Source: Isurus oxyrinchus (Eukaryota). Taken from it: a stretch of DNA of 64,000 nt. Positions 62,995 through 64,000 of this stretch are shown here, piece by piece (positions within the stretch are counted from its first letter, which is position 1; the number at the start of each line of letters is the position of its first letter). Under the pieces are notes generated by a model. It had not been told where the DNA came from, ran no database searches, and saw only the letters and a list, made by a program, of their open reading frames with translations. The position numbers and the translations under genes were made by a program. Where the stretch lies: assembly GCA_026770705.1 (NCBI GenBank), contig JANJGN010000008.1, positions 129,146,001 through 129,210,000 on the forward strand, read 5' to 3'.

Positions 62995-63590
62995 CTATGC
63001 CCTGTTCTTTTTCCTTGATGAATGACAGAACTTGCAGTTACAAAATGTCTTTCACATCCCCAGTATGTCCCAAATTGTTTCATAGCCAATTAATTTATTT
63101 TGAACTCTAATTACTGATGTAAGGTAAACGTGATAACCAATAGGTGCACAGCAAGGTTACTTAAATAAAAATTCAATGAATAATTGTTTTGCTGGTATTG
63201 ATAGAGTGATAAAAATTGGCCAGTATACCAGGAGAATCATGAAACCCAGAGGGAGACCATTGGGCTTGCCATATTTGTGCTGGCTCTTTGCAAGAGCTAT
63301 CCAATTAATCCTCCTCCTCTGCGCTTTCCCCATAGCCCTGCAGATTCTTCATTTTCCCCCCATGTGTATCCATTTCCTTGAACTCTCCATGCTCCTCTTC
63401 AAAAAATGCCATGTGATCCTCTACATCCACTTCAGGGGAAAGATGGACCTAGTTTTCACATGTCACCTGAAAGATGACACCTCTGATGGTGTAGCTATCC
63501 CTCAATCCTGCAGGTGTCAGCCTGGATCATGTGCTTATGTGCCTAGAACTCAAAACCTTCTGAATCTGAGTGGAGACAGCTACCACTGAG
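62995..63590 (-). mobile_element. Deu-type SINE interrupted by a short CR1 3' piece
   Basis: Colinear with 6275-6720; foreign segment ~63250-63395. Confidence 0.55.
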
Positions 63591-64000
63591 CAAAGAACAT
63601 GTACAGCGCACGATAGCGAAGTTTCATCAGCTTTAGTCATAAAAGGATAATGTTTTTCACAGTATAATTTCCAACTTACATTCATGTAATTATAAAAAAT
63701 TGTATCCGAGTTAAGTGTCCAATGAGCAAAATGCAGGCAAAGTTTTGTTGAAATTTGATGAGCAATTGCTTTTCAACATGTAATACTTTCAATCCACAGT
63801 CTAATCACCAAGTCAATAGCATAGGTAGTCAGTTATGCAGAGGCAGTTTCTTTTCAGATATTAGTCATTTAAATATAGCCAAGTACTAATAAATAAAACA
63901 CAATCATCTTGGAAACATAGTTGCATCTACTCTCTGGACCACCAGAGATCAGATGCTCACATGTTGTTTGACTCCAAGGAAGTGCACTGGCAATTTTGTC

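Overview
Repeat-dense eukaryotic non-coding DNA, most likely from a cartilaginous fish (inferred from the repeat repertoire: CR1/L2/RTE LINE remnants, tRNA-derived SINEs, PIF/Harbinger transposons, Gypsy remnants). No host protein-coding gene is confidently recognisable. The dominant feature is a young cluster of Penelope-like retroelements (PLE; RT + Cys-rich linker + GIY-YIG endonuclease, Neptune-type) at 12.6-23.3 kb. It comprises a 6.9-kb tandem-plus-inverted composite with a 14-bp target-site duplication (TSD) and a separate near-intact copy. Each PLE terminal repeat carries a minimal hammerhead-ribozyme motif with a non-canonical core (CUGUYGA), followed by a predicted 88-nt intron that ends 2 nt before the ORF ATG. 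A second, unrelated PLE family has canonical CUGAUGA hammerheads behind a CCAAT/TATA promoter. Four independent insertions from the two families (0.26, 0.38, 0.43 and 6.9 kb) share one architecture: two inverted 3' ends, only one carrying an extra 20-35 nt tail, flanked by 8-15 bp TSDs. All calls are by eye; ribozyme activity, splicing and family names are untested.
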